Both the position numbers and the translations under genes were made by a program. A stretch of DNA of 64,000 bases from an uncultured delta proteobacterium (GTDB lineage: Bacteria > Myxococcota_A > Polyangia > Polyangiales > Polyangiaceae). Location: assembly GCA_963696385.1 (NCBI GenBank), contig CAVOKF010000008.1, positions 512,001-576,000 on the forward strand, written 5' to 3'. Shown piece by piece: positions 51,984-62,079 of this stretch; position 1 is the stretch's first letter; each line of letters begins with the position of its first letter. The notes below the pieces were generated by a model that did not search any database, had not been told where the DNA came from, and worked only from the letters and a program-made list of their open reading frames with translations.

Positions 51984-52340
51984 TCAGGGCGCTTCGGCCG
52001 TTTGGAGCGCGATGTCGAGTGTGTGCAGGTCTTCGACCGATAGGGCCCCCGGATGCCCGGCTTCGATGGCCTTCGCCTCGCGCAGCCACATCACCGACGG
52101 CGCTCGATCGCCGAGCGCCGCGAGGGTCAGTCCGCGATACAGGGCGTACTCGGCGCGCTTCGGGTCATCCCAACGGGAGGCGTCGGGCTCGAGCCACGCA
52201 AACGTCTGCTTGGCCTCCCGATACCGTCCTCTGTGGAACTGGTCCTCGCCTTCGGACAAGGCCCCCGCGCACGCCGCTGGACCCAAGAGCAGAGCCAAGG
52301 CGCAGAGCGTGGCCCATCGATCGCCGGCTGCCGTCCCCAT
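51984..52340 (-). CDS. Small TPR-like lipoprotein
   Basis: Lipobox PAAC; YALYRGLTLAALGD helix pair. Confidence 0.7.
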   Translation of the reverse strand: MGTAAGDRWATLCALALLLGPAACAGALSEGEDQFHRGRYREAKQTFAWLEPDASRWDDPKRAEYALYRGLTLAALGDRAPSVMWLREAKAIEAGHPGALSVEDLHTLDIALQTAEAP

Positions 52341-52552
52341 CTTGACCCCCAACGTCCGGGCGCCCTCGGGCTAGTGCGCAGAACCGGTGGACGGAGCGAG
52401 GATTTCAAGGCTCTGGGCCTCTCGCAAGGCGCGACAACGAGCGATGCTGCAGCCGGGTGAGGACAAGCCACGCCGGCAGAGGCGGGAAAGCCACGGAAAG
52501 CCAAAGGCAGCCACCATGTTCGATACTCTAGGGTACCGCCGGAGCGTTCCGG

Positions 52553-54370
<1,818 letters not shown>

Positions 54371-54482
54371 ACTCTTTGCCTAGCACACATTCCGGCCCCG
54401 CGCCGCGGCCACCCGGGTCGCCGGGCACACAGCCAAGGTTGTGTTCGATGCCCCGCACGCGTAAGGAGACTGTCGGCGAGCG

Positions 54483-55511
54483 ATGGACCAGCTGTCCTTG
54501 TTCCCGGGTGGGGCGGAGCGACACGAGGCGCCGATCGCGGCGCTCGGGGTCGACCAAGCGCGGCCCGAAGCACCCGGGGTCGATGCCCACCCGTCGCAGA
54601 TCGGGCTCTTCGATGCGCGCGTGCGCGAGCTTCGAGCCGTCCGCCAGGCCATCGCCTCGGGCGAGCTCGGTGAAGCCCTGGATCGACTCCGGTCCATCGA
54701 GGCCGGATCGGACTTCGATCCGAGCGCCATGCAGAAGAAGATCGCGAGGATCTCGGCCCAGATCTCGGACGCGAGCCGATGGACTCGCCCGGAGTCGGCC
54801 GCGGCGACCGCCGCACTCGGCCGCCGGATCGCCGCGGATGGGGAGCCTTGGTCGAGCCTTGGCCGACGGCTGCTGGTCCGCGCGGCCGCCTCGGTCGAGG
54901 ACGACCTAAGCCCCCTTGCCGGTCGGCTTTATCAGGAGGCCGGGGATCTGGAACGCGCGCGATCCGTGCTCGCTTCTGCGCTCGAGCGCCACGCCACGGC
55001 GAGCCTGCTCTTTGCCCTGGGCGACGTCGAGACGCTGCGCGGCAATCGCACGGCGGCTCGTCGATGCTACCGCGATGCCTTGCTGCTCGACCCCTTCGAC
55101 GCGGCATTCGAGAATGTGATCGATGACGAGGTTCGTGCGCTGCCCCAGGTGGCCGAGGGGGACGTCGAGATCGAGAGCGAGCCGCGCGCGTGGGCCGCGG
55201 CGGTCGGGATCGTCGCCGGAGTGCTGGCCTCGCCGGGCCAGGCCGACTTGACGTCACCCGAGCCGGATCCGATCCCCACCGCCGCGTTCGATGCGCTCGT
55301 ACGCATGAGGAATTTCGTCCGGGCGCTCGGGCTCACCGCGGCGCCCGACGGACCGCCTCGGCCGAACGCCCTCATCGAAGCTCGGCGGGCGATGAAGCAG
55401 GCGTCGCCTGCGCTTTTCGCTTGGTACATGGCTCGGCGCACGGGCTCCGAACGAGGCCCGAGCCTCGCACCCCGATTTCGCTCGGCACCCAGCGGATCCG
55501 GCGGCGGCTGA
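54483..55511 (+). CDS. Helical/TPR-like hypothetical protein
   Basis: LAGRLYQEAGDLERAR and LLFALGDVETLRGNRTAARRCYRDALLLDP repeats; QLSLF and QIGLF near the N-terminus. Confidence 0.75.
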   Translation: MDQLSLFPGGAERHEAPIAALGVDQARPEAPGVDAHPSQIGLFDARVRELRAVRQAIASGELGEALDRLRSIEAGSDFDPSAMQKKIARISAQISDASRWTRPESAAATAALGRRIAADGEPWSSLGRRLLVRAAASVEDDLSPLAGRLYQEAGDLERARSVLASALERHATASLLFALGDVETLRGNRTAARRCYRDALLLDPFDAAFENVIDDEVRALPQVAEGDVEIESEPRAWAAAVGIVAGVLASPGQADLTSPEPDPIPTAAFDALVRMRNFVRALGLTAAPDGPPRPNALIEARRAMKQASPALFAWYMARRTGSERGPSLAPRFRSAPSGSGGG

Positions 55512-55601
55512 GCTCAGACGGCGGTGCGCTGGCCCCGGGCTTGCCGCTCGGCGCCGCGACGGATGCTCGCTGCCTTCGGCGCGGCACGATAGGATCCACG
55601 C

Positions 55602-55964
55602 GTGAGCGTGCGACCCGAAGAACTGGCCGACGCCATGGTCCGGCGCGCACGCGCAGAGCGGCAACGCCACTGCGAGCGCGCCGTTCGCCTACGCACTCAG
55701 CTACGGAGCGCGATCCAGGCTTTGCGCGTCGCCGGGACGGTCGACGCTGCTTGGCTCATCGGATCGCTCGCGTGGGGCGGCTTTGGCCACCGATCCGATG
55801 TCGACGTGGTCGTGCGCGGCGCCGACCCGGCGCGCATCGGTGCGCTGGGCGGAACCCTGAGCGACGCGCTCGACATCGACGTCGACGTTTTGCGCCTCGA
55901 GGATCTGGCCCCGGCGTTCCGGGATCGGGTTCTGGCCGAGGGACTGAGGCTCGATGGGGCCTGA
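55602..55964 (+). CDS. Minimal nucleotidyltransferase (MNT) antitoxin
   Basis: WLIGSLAWG...SDVDVVV...VDVL (GS-x10-DxD). Confidence 0.88.
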   Translation: MSVRPEELADAMVRRARAERQRHCERAVRLRTQLRSAIQALRVAGTVDAAWLIGSLAWGGFGHRSDVDVVVRGADPARIGALGGTLSDALDIDVDVLRLEDLAPAFRDRVLAEGLRLDGA

Positions 55965-56460
55965 GCGGGCAGGCGCGACCGCGGCGATCGCCCGCCTTCG
56001 GGGCGAAGTGGCCGACGACCGCGCCGCCATGACGCGCCGTGCGAGCGACCTTCGGGAGGCCGGCCGGCGGCTCGAGCTGGACCCTACCGACCCCGCCGCC
56101 ATGGCACTCCAAGCGTGGGCGATCCACGGGTGGTACACAGCGCTCGAATCGATCCTCGAGCGCATCGCTCGGCAGATCGATGGCGATCTGCCCACCGGCG
56201 ACCGCTGGCACCGCGCGCTGCTCGCGCAAGCGGCCGTGGCTGTGCCGGGGTTGCGCCCGGCCATCCTCAGCGGCGCCGTCCGCGCCGAGCTCGAGGAACT
56301 GCGCGCAACGCGCCATTTTCTTCGTCACGCGTACGGCGCTGAGCTGGATGGGGCTCGCCTCGCCGCTCAGGGCAAACGGCTACAAAGTGTGGCGCCCGCG
56401 GTGGAACAGGCGCTCGACACGTTCGATCGCTTTCTCGAGGCGGCGGGCCAGGCGACTTAG
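55954..56460 (+). CDS. HEPN-domain (HepT-like) RNase toxin
   Basis: HGWYTALESILERIA, WHRALL, RHFLRHAY (R-x4-H); overlaps the MNT gene by 11 nt. Confidence 0.88.
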   Translation: MGPERAGATAAIARLRGEVADDRAAMTRRASDLREAGRRLELDPTDPAAMALQAWAIHGWYTALESILERIARQIDGDLPTGDRWHRALLAQAAVAVPGLRPAILSGAVRAELEELRATRHFLRHAYGAELDGARLAAQGKRLQSVAPAVEQALDTFDRFLEAAGQAT

Positions 56461-56741
56461 CGCCGAGATCCGCTGCGATCCGCGCTGCCTGTTTACGCCG
56501 GGATCGCGGCGCTACTCGCTGGCTGCTCTTCGCGGTCGACGTCGACCGGCGACGTGGGCTCATCGTCCGCCTGGTACGCGCCGATCTCTGCGTCCATCTT
56601 GATTTCGACGAATGTCGGGGCCGTCCACTCCATGGCACGCTCCTAGGACCCGAAGGGGTAACCGGGTCGGACCCGTATCTTGGGCGGCTTCGGCGCCGAT
56701 GGCAACCCCGCCGCGGGATCGCCGCGAGAACGCCGCGGCTC

Positions 56742-56818
56742 CTTCTTGACGCGATCGAGGTAGTCCTATGTGCGCGTCGCTACTTATTGACGCGCTCGAG
56801 GTAGTCCCCCGTGCGCGT
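56742..56818. repeat. Imperfect 36-nt direct repeat of the efp 3' end
   Basis: 56742-56777 cttcttgacgcgatcgaggtagtcctatgtgcgcgt versus 56783-56818 cttattgacgcgctcgaggtagtcccccgtgcgcgt; 31/36 identical. Confidence 0.9.
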
Positions 56819-57340
56819 ATCGACCTTGACCCACTCGCCCTCCTTAATGAAGAGCGGGACGTTGATGGTCGCTCCCGTGGACACTTTGGCGGGCTTGGTG
56901 GCACCGCTCGCCGTGTCGCCCTTGACCCCGGGCTCGCTCTCGGAGACTTGCAGGACGACGCTCGGCGGCAATTCGATGCCGATGGGGTTGCCATTGTAGA
57001 TCGTGACTTCGCAGTCGAGCCCCTCGCTGACGAAGCGCACTTCGTCGCCGACGGCTTCCTTCATCACGTGGATTTGGTCGCCGGTGTTCGTGTCCATGAA
57101 CACGAGGCTGTCGCCCTCGTGCCAGGAGAAGGTCATTTTGCGCGTCTCGACGTCGGCCACTTCGACCGACTCACCCGACTTCCAGGTGCGTTCGATCACG
57201 GCACCCGTCTGCAGGTTCTTGATGCGGGCACGCGTGAAGGCTTGCCCTTTGCCCGGTTTGACGAACTGATGCTCGACGACGGCATACGGCACGCCATCGA
57301 TCTGGAGCTTGAGTCCTTTGCGGATGTCGGTCGTCTGCAT
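56780..57340 (-). CDS. efp: Translation elongation factor P
   Basis: HQFVKPGKGQAF, PGVKGDTA..ATKPA, VPLFIKEGE, VDTRTGDYLERV. Confidence 0.97.
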   Translation of the reverse strand: MQTTDIRKGLKLQIDGVPYAVVEHQFVKPGKGQAFTRARIKNLQTGAVIERTWKSGESVEVADVETRKMTFSWHEGDSLVFMDTNTGDQIHVMKEAVGDEVRFVSEGLDCEVTIYNGNPIGIELPPSVVLQVSESEPGVKGDTASGATKPAKVSTGATINVPLFIKEGEWVKVDTRTGDYLERVNK

Positions 57341-58326
57341 GGCCCGCTTTCCGTGAAAGGCCCAGCTAGCACGCGCTCGTACCGCGCAGCAACCGGCGCT
57401 TTCCGAAAGAACGCGATCAGAGCGAGCCAAGCGCAAGCGACAAGCGGCGCGATCAGAGACAGGGATCGGGGGGAGGTCAGGGACGCTGTCAGAGTCGGGG
57501 TCGCGGTCGAGGTCGGGGTCGAGGCCGTGGTTATCGCGATTGGGGTCGGGGTTGTCCGGGTCGCGGTCGCGGCCCCCGGCGCCATGAGCGTCGACAGGGG
57601 CCCTAAGAGCCGGTCGCGATCGACGGCGCCGGCGATGCCCGCCACTTCGCCTCGCCACGAGTACTGCCACACCGCTGCCGCCGCCCACGGTTCGGGAACG
57701 TAGAAGCAGACTTGAGAAGTCGGATTCGCAAGAAATAGCGGGAAGCCGCCGAGGCCCGTCGTGTCGATGGCGTTTGCCTCGAAGTAGCTGCCGAAGGTGT
57801 ACACGATCGGCGTTCGGCCGGTCGCCTGGGCGACGGTTCTGAGAAAATCGCGCATGCGCCTGGCGATGTCGGCGGCGGACGCCGCGCCGGACCCACCCGG
57901 ATACAAGCAGTCGGCATCGCCGTCAGGGCACTCGATGTCGAGTATGGGGGATAGATCGCGCGGGCCGAGCGGCCCCACGACAGAGAGAAAGCGTTGCGCC
58001 TGGGCGACCCCGTCCTGCGTGGAATCGAAAAAGTGATACGCGCCCCGAACGACACCCGCCCGCTCGGCCTGCCCCCAGTTGGCCGCAAAGCTCGCTTGGG
58101 TGTCGTAGGTGCCCTGCGTCGCCTTGATGATCGCGAACGTGACGCCTGCGGCGGCGACGGCGCGCCAGTCGATGGGCCCCTGGCCGTCGAAGACGTCGAT
58201 GCCTTCGACCCCGGCTGCCGTGCACTGCAGCAGCGGCGTGGTGGCCGATCCGGTCGGGGCTCGCCGCCGGATGCCCCCGCACGCCAAGACCAGCACGATG
58301 CCGAGCACCCAGACCCGCTTGCGCAT
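57196..58326 (-). CDS. GH25 lysozyme/muramidase with T/P linker and C-terminal hydrophobic anchor (3' end uncertain)
   Basis: GIDV, IDW, IKATQG, RGAYHFF, LDIE, PIVYT, WQYS, VDRD. The ORF as given overlaps efp by 145 nt. Confidence 0.88.
   Translation of the reverse strand: MRKRVWVLGIVLVLACGGIRRRAPTGSATTPLLQCTAAGVEGIDVFDGQGPIDWRAVAAAGVTFAIIKATQGTYDTQASFAANWGQAERAGVVRGAYHFFDSTQDGVAQAQRFLSVVGPLGPRDLSPILDIECPDGDADCLYPGGSGAASAADIARRMRDFLRTVAQATGRTPIVYTFGSYFEANAIDTTGLGGFPLFLANPTSQVCFYVPEPWAAAAVWQYSWRGEVAGIAGAVDRDRLLGPLSTLMAPGAATATRTTPTPIAITTASTPTSTATPTLTASLTSPRSLSLIAPLVACAWLALIAFFRKAPVAARYERVLAGPFTESGPCRRPTSAKDSSSRSMACRMPSSSISSSNRAKGKPSRVPASRTCRRVP
57494..57573. repeat. Degenerate xxGGTC hexamer repeat encoding the GH25 T/P linker
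   Basis: gtcggggtcgcggtcgaggtcggggtcgagg...ggggtcgggg...gggtcgcggtcgcgg. Confidence 0.75.
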
Positions 58327-58417
58327 GCCCTCCGGTTCGGCCGCCCCGGCGACTTTGTTGCGAGCCTCGCGGTTGCCGCTTGCGAGCGGGCGCGACCGCG
58401 GCGTAGAGCGTGGGGCG

Positions 58418-59278
58418 ATGCATGAAATCGACGACGAGCTCCGCGAGATCAAACGCGAAATCATCGAGTCGCGCGGGCTCGTCATCAAAACGAACAATCT
58501 GGCGAACGCGCTCAGCGCCGACATCAAGTCGATCGCCAAGCGCCAGCAAGGCTACGAACGGCGCCTCGGGTGGAACAGCGCGACGGCGTACATCGTCTTC
58601 GTCGTCGTCGTCTTCGCCGCACTCAAGTTCGCGGTCGACGCGCGCGTCGATGCGATCGAGGCGACGAGCAAGCACCTGCGCGACGAAAATGGACGGCTGA
58701 GCTCGGACTTCGGGGCGCTGCGCCAGCGAGAAGCGGAACGGCAGGCCGCCGAGATCGAAGCGGCGAAGTTTTACGACCTCGCCAAACAAGGCAAGCGCCC
58801 GGAGCTCATCCGGGGATGGGAGACGATGCGATCGAAGCCACTGAGCAAGGCGGAGGCGCAGTTTCTGGCGGACGCCGTGGACAAGGCCAAAAACGAGCAG
58901 GCCGCTTTGCTGTACGTGCAAGGCTTGGACAGCGAGCACCTGCAGCGCTGGCAGGAAGCGGCCACCGCGTTCGAGGAATCGCTGCGCTACTCCGATACCA
59001 GTGCCGTGGCGCCTCAAGCGAAGCTGCGGCTCGGCAACGCGTACCGCAAACTTCACAGGCAGAAGGACGCGATTCCGCTGCTCGAGCAGCTCGCCGACTC
59101 GACCACCGACCGCGACGCCCAGGACGACGCGCTCGAGATCCTCGCGTGGTGCCAAACAGAAATCGAGTCGTACGACGACGCCAAGAACACCTGGCGGACG
59201 CTCTTACGGCGATTTCCCGACTCTCACTTTGGCCCCGAGGCGAAGCTCGCGCTCCAGACGCTCATGATCAATCACTAG
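58418..59278 (+). CDS. Coiled-coil, TM and TPR protein (CpoB/BamD-like C-terminus)
   Basis: N-terminal coiled coil, one TM helix, APQAKLRLGNAY, LLRRFPDSHF. Confidence 0.85.
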   Translation: MHEIDDELREIKREIIESRGLVIKTNNLANALSADIKSIAKRQQGYERRLGWNSATAYIVFVVVVFAALKFAVDARVDAIEATSKHLRDENGRLSSDFGALRQREAERQAAEIEAAKFYDLAKQGKRPELIRGWETMRSKPLSKAEAQFLADAVDKAKNEQAALLYVQGLDSEHLQRWQEAATAFEESLRYSDTSAVAPQAKLRLGNAYRKLHRQKDAIPLLEQLADSTTDRDAQDDALEILAWCQTEIESYDDAKNTWRTLLRRFPDSHFGPEAKLALQTLMINH

Positions 59279-59293
59279 CTCAGGGGCGACGGC

Positions 59294-59566
59294 GTGGGAG
59301 TAGAGAGAGCACCGGGCCGCCGGCCCCCTATCGACAGGTTGCATGCTAGATTCGACGGGGTGCTTCGCCCCGATCTGAACCAGGACGAATGCCGATGGGT
59401 CGAGGCGAACGAAGCCCTGTGGCGACGCGCACACGACATCGTGCGGAAGAATCCGGGGCTCGACGTCGGCGACGTGTACCACGTGCTCGCCACGCTCCAC
59501 GAGACACCGACGCAGCGAGTTCGTCGTTCCCTCGCCCATGGCCGACTCCGCTCTCGCTCCGGCTGA
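59294..59566 (+). CDS. Small hypothetical protein, candidate partner of the downstream nucleotidyltransferase
   Basis: 90 aa ending LDVGDVYHVLATLHETPTQRVRRSL; overlaps the next gene by 29 nt. Confidence 0.6.
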   Translation: MGVERAPGRRPPIDRLHARFDGVLRPDLNQDECRWVEANEALWRRAHDIVRKNPGLDVGDVYHVLATLHETPTQRVRRSLAHGRLRSRSG

Positions 59567-60017
59567 GCGCGCGTTGCTTGCGGCGCTGGTCGATCTCGGC
59601 GTCCAGTTCATGGTCGTCGGCGTCACGGCTGCGTCCATGCAAGGCGCGCGAGTCGCGACGGACGACATCGACCTGTGGTTTTCCAAATTGGACGATCCGA
59701 GGCTCGGGGAGGCGGCACGCCGCGCAGGGGGCCTTTGGGTAAGCGCGCACTTCGGCATGCAGCCGCCGACTTTTGGCGGAGCCCTCGGCGACCGCTTCGA
59801 TGTCGTCCTTTCGATGAGCGGCCTCGGCAGCTTCGAAGAGGAGTATCGGGCGGCCAGATCCATGGAGATAGACGGAGTCTGCGTTCGGGTGCTGCCGCTA
59901 CGACGAATCATCGCGTCCAAACGCGCCGCGGACCGGCCGAAGGACCGTGCAGCCCTGCCGGCGCTCGAGGCGGCGCTGTCGGTCATCGAAGACGAAGACG
60001 ATCGCGGATGCGGTTAG
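59538..60017 (+). CDS. Nucleotidyltransferase-fold protein (DUF6036/AbiEii-like)
   Basis: FMVVGVTAASMQG..VATDDIDL...IIASKRAADRPKD. Confidence 0.8.
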   Translation: MADSALAPAERALLAALVDLGVQFMVVGVTAASMQGARVATDDIDLWFSKLDDPRLGEAARRAGGLWVSAHFGMQPPTFGGALGDRFDVVLSMSGLGSFEEEYRAARSMEIDGVCVRVLPLRRIIASKRAADRPKDRAALPALEAALSVIEDEDDRGCG

Positions 60018-60173
60018 CCTGAGGCTCCCGCCGTGTGGGCGGTCGCGTCACTCCCGCTCGAAGTGCCGCGCGATTCGAACATGCTGGAAGTGTACTCGCA
60101 AGCGACTCTCCGCCGGAGTTAGGAGTCCGCGACGGCCTGACGCCACACGCTCCGGAATGGCGTCGGCTGCACT

Positions 60174-61115
60174 TCAGACGGGCGCCCCTGCCGCCCACTT
60201 GCGCCAGGCGCCACCCTCATGGCGCGGGGCGAAGGCATCGGGATGCAGGATTTCCGCCAGGATCATCGCCGTGTCCAAGACGCTTGGACCCGATCGGTTG
60301 AAGTAGCGGTTGCCGTCGGCGACGAACACGCGATCGGTCCGCACGGCGCGCAGATCGTGCCAGCCCGGACGTTCGGCAAAGAGCGGCATCTCCGCCGTCG
60401 TGCGATCGAGGCCGAAGCCGCATGGCGCGACAACGAGCACCTCGGGGTCCGCCCGGCGCACGTCCTGCCAGGGGATCGCCTTCGAATGCTCGCCCGGGGA
60501 TCCGAGCAGGTGGGTCCCGCCCGCCCAGTCGACCAGCTCCGGTCCCCAGTTTCCCATCGCAAAGATGGGGTCGATCCACTCCAAACAGACGACCGACGGT
60601 CGCCGGAGCGCGCGCGTGGTCTCGGCGAGAGCGGCGAGTCGGCTGCGGACGCAATCCACCAGCGACTCACCGGCCGAGGCCAAGTCGAGCACGCGGGCCA
60701 CGGTGACGAACCCATCGAGGATCGCCTCGAGCGATCCGGTATGGAGGGCCACGACCTGTTTTCTCAGCAGCTCGGCCGCCATCGCCCCATGAGCCAAATC
60801 CGCGGGGCTGACCGCACACACCTCGCAGTGGGTCTGCGTGATGAGCACGTCCGGCCTGAGCGCTGCGATGGCTGCTTCGTCCACCTCGTAGAGAGGCTGA
60901 CCGGCGTGAAGCCGCGTGCGCACACGCTCGTCGATGTCGCGGCTCGATCCGCTGACGTCGAACGTGGGGCGACTGACGGTCGGCAATCGCGTGACCCAGC
61001 TCGGCCAGTCGCACTCGTGCGACCGGGCGACCAATCGGTCCCCCGCGCCGAGCGCGCAGACCAGTTCGGTGCCACTGGCCAGGAGAGAAACGACGCGCGT
61101 GGGTGGGTGGTTCAT
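60174..61115 (-). CDS. BtuF-like cobalamin/iron-chelate binding protein without signal peptide
   Basis: RVVSLLASGTE, RSHECDWP, PDVLITQTHCEVCAV, CLEWIDP, APCGF, DGNRYFNRSGP. Confidence 0.88.
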   Translation of the reverse strand: MNHPPTRVVSLLASGTELVCALGAGDRLVARSHECDWPSWVTRLPTVSRPTFDVSGSSRDIDERVRTRLHAGQPLYEVDEAAIAALRPDVLITQTHCEVCAVSPADLAHGAMAAELLRKQVVALHTGSLEAILDGFVTVARVLDLASAGESLVDCVRSRLAALAETTRALRRPSVVCLEWIDPIFAMGNWGPELVDWAGGTHLLGSPGEHSKAIPWQDVRRADPEVLVVAPCGFGLDRTTAEMPLFAERPGWHDLRAVRTDRVFVADGNRYFNRSGPSVLDTAMILAEILHPDAFAPRHEGGAWRKWAAGAPV

Positions 61116-61374
61116 GCGAGAGGCTCGGGCGTCCTTTTTCGAACGACGGAATCGAGGCACGACGTCCCCGTCGAGCCCGCCTTGCGGCAGGCCTCCTGTC
61201 CACCCTACCGCGGGGCGCCACCGAAGCGAATGAGTCCGACAAGACTCCCACGGCCACGCGCGCACTCGGATCGCGCCCGAGCCCTCGGAAACAAAAGTCG
61301 CCGCGCGCCGATTCGGAGGAGATCCGAGAGGCAAAGCCTTGGCGCGGGCGGCCGAACGGCGTCATTGTTCGGCC

Positions 61375-61941
61375 ATGGCCAGCGTGCCGGCAGAGAAGCG
61401 GCGAAGCGTCTACGAGGCGTTTCTCGCGGTACCGAAGCACCTCGTCGCGGAGATCATCGGCGGGCAACTCCGGACCCATCCGCGGCCGGCGACGCCTCAC
61501 GCGCGCGCTTCGACGCGACTCGGGATCCAGCTCGGCGGGCCGTTCGATCTCGGCGAAGGCGGCCCCGGCGGCTGGGTCGTGCTCGACGAGCCTGAACTGC
61601 ACCTGCTCGGAGCCATTCTCGTGCCGGACCTGGCGGCATGGCGTCGCCAGCGCATGCCGGAGATGCCCGACGCCGCGTTTCTCGACAGTGCGCCCGATTG
61701 GGTCTGCGAGGTGCTCTCGCCGTCGACGGAGGCGGAGGACCGGGCCGACAAGATGCCCGTCTACGCAGGCGCGGGTGTCCGCCACGCGTGGTTCGTCGAT
61801 CCGATCGCGCACACGCTCGAAGCGTTCGCGCTCGAAGGCGACGCCTGGCGCGTGCTCGGCTCCTGGCGCGGCGACGCGCGCGTGCGCGTCGAGCCTTTCG
61901 ACGCGATGGAGCTCGAGTTATCCTCGCTTTGGGCGCGGTGA
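61375..61941 (+). CDS. Uma2 family PD-(D/E)XK endonuclease
   Basis: AEIIGGQL...PRP...H, LVPDLAAWR, PDWVCEVLSPST, DKMPVYA, WFVDP. Confidence 0.92.
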   Translation: MASVPAEKRRSVYEAFLAVPKHLVAEIIGGQLRTHPRPATPHARASTRLGIQLGGPFDLGEGGPGGWVVLDEPELHLLGAILVPDLAAWRRQRMPEMPDAAFLDSAPDWVCEVLSPSTEAEDRADKMPVYAGAGVRHAWFVDPIAHTLEAFALEGDAWRVLGSWRGDARVRVEPFDAMELELSSLWAR

Positions 61942-62079
61942 TGTAGGCGTCGACCGCAGCGTCAGCGCGCGAAAGGCCACCCAGCATGAAAGGGAGCACC
62001 GGGCCGATGCGCTTGGTCCCCTCGACGCCCGGTGAACGCGGCCCCGACGCGATCGAGAGAGCCCCCTCGGGCCTCACGT

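Noticed and set aside
56742..56818. 36-nt repeat as a possible CRISPR array
   Set aside because: Only two copies 5 nt apart, one of which is efp coding sequence; no cas genes are present.
61116..61374. Possible cobalamin riboswitch upstream of the BtuF-like gene
   Set aside because: I could not find the conserved B12-box or core motifs by eye, only a 7-bp hairpin at 61351-61373. An Rfam scan would settle it.
54400..62000. A complete prophage or integrative element
   Set aside because: No integrase, transposase or phage structural genes, and core genes such as efp are interspersed. It is at most an insertion-prone region.
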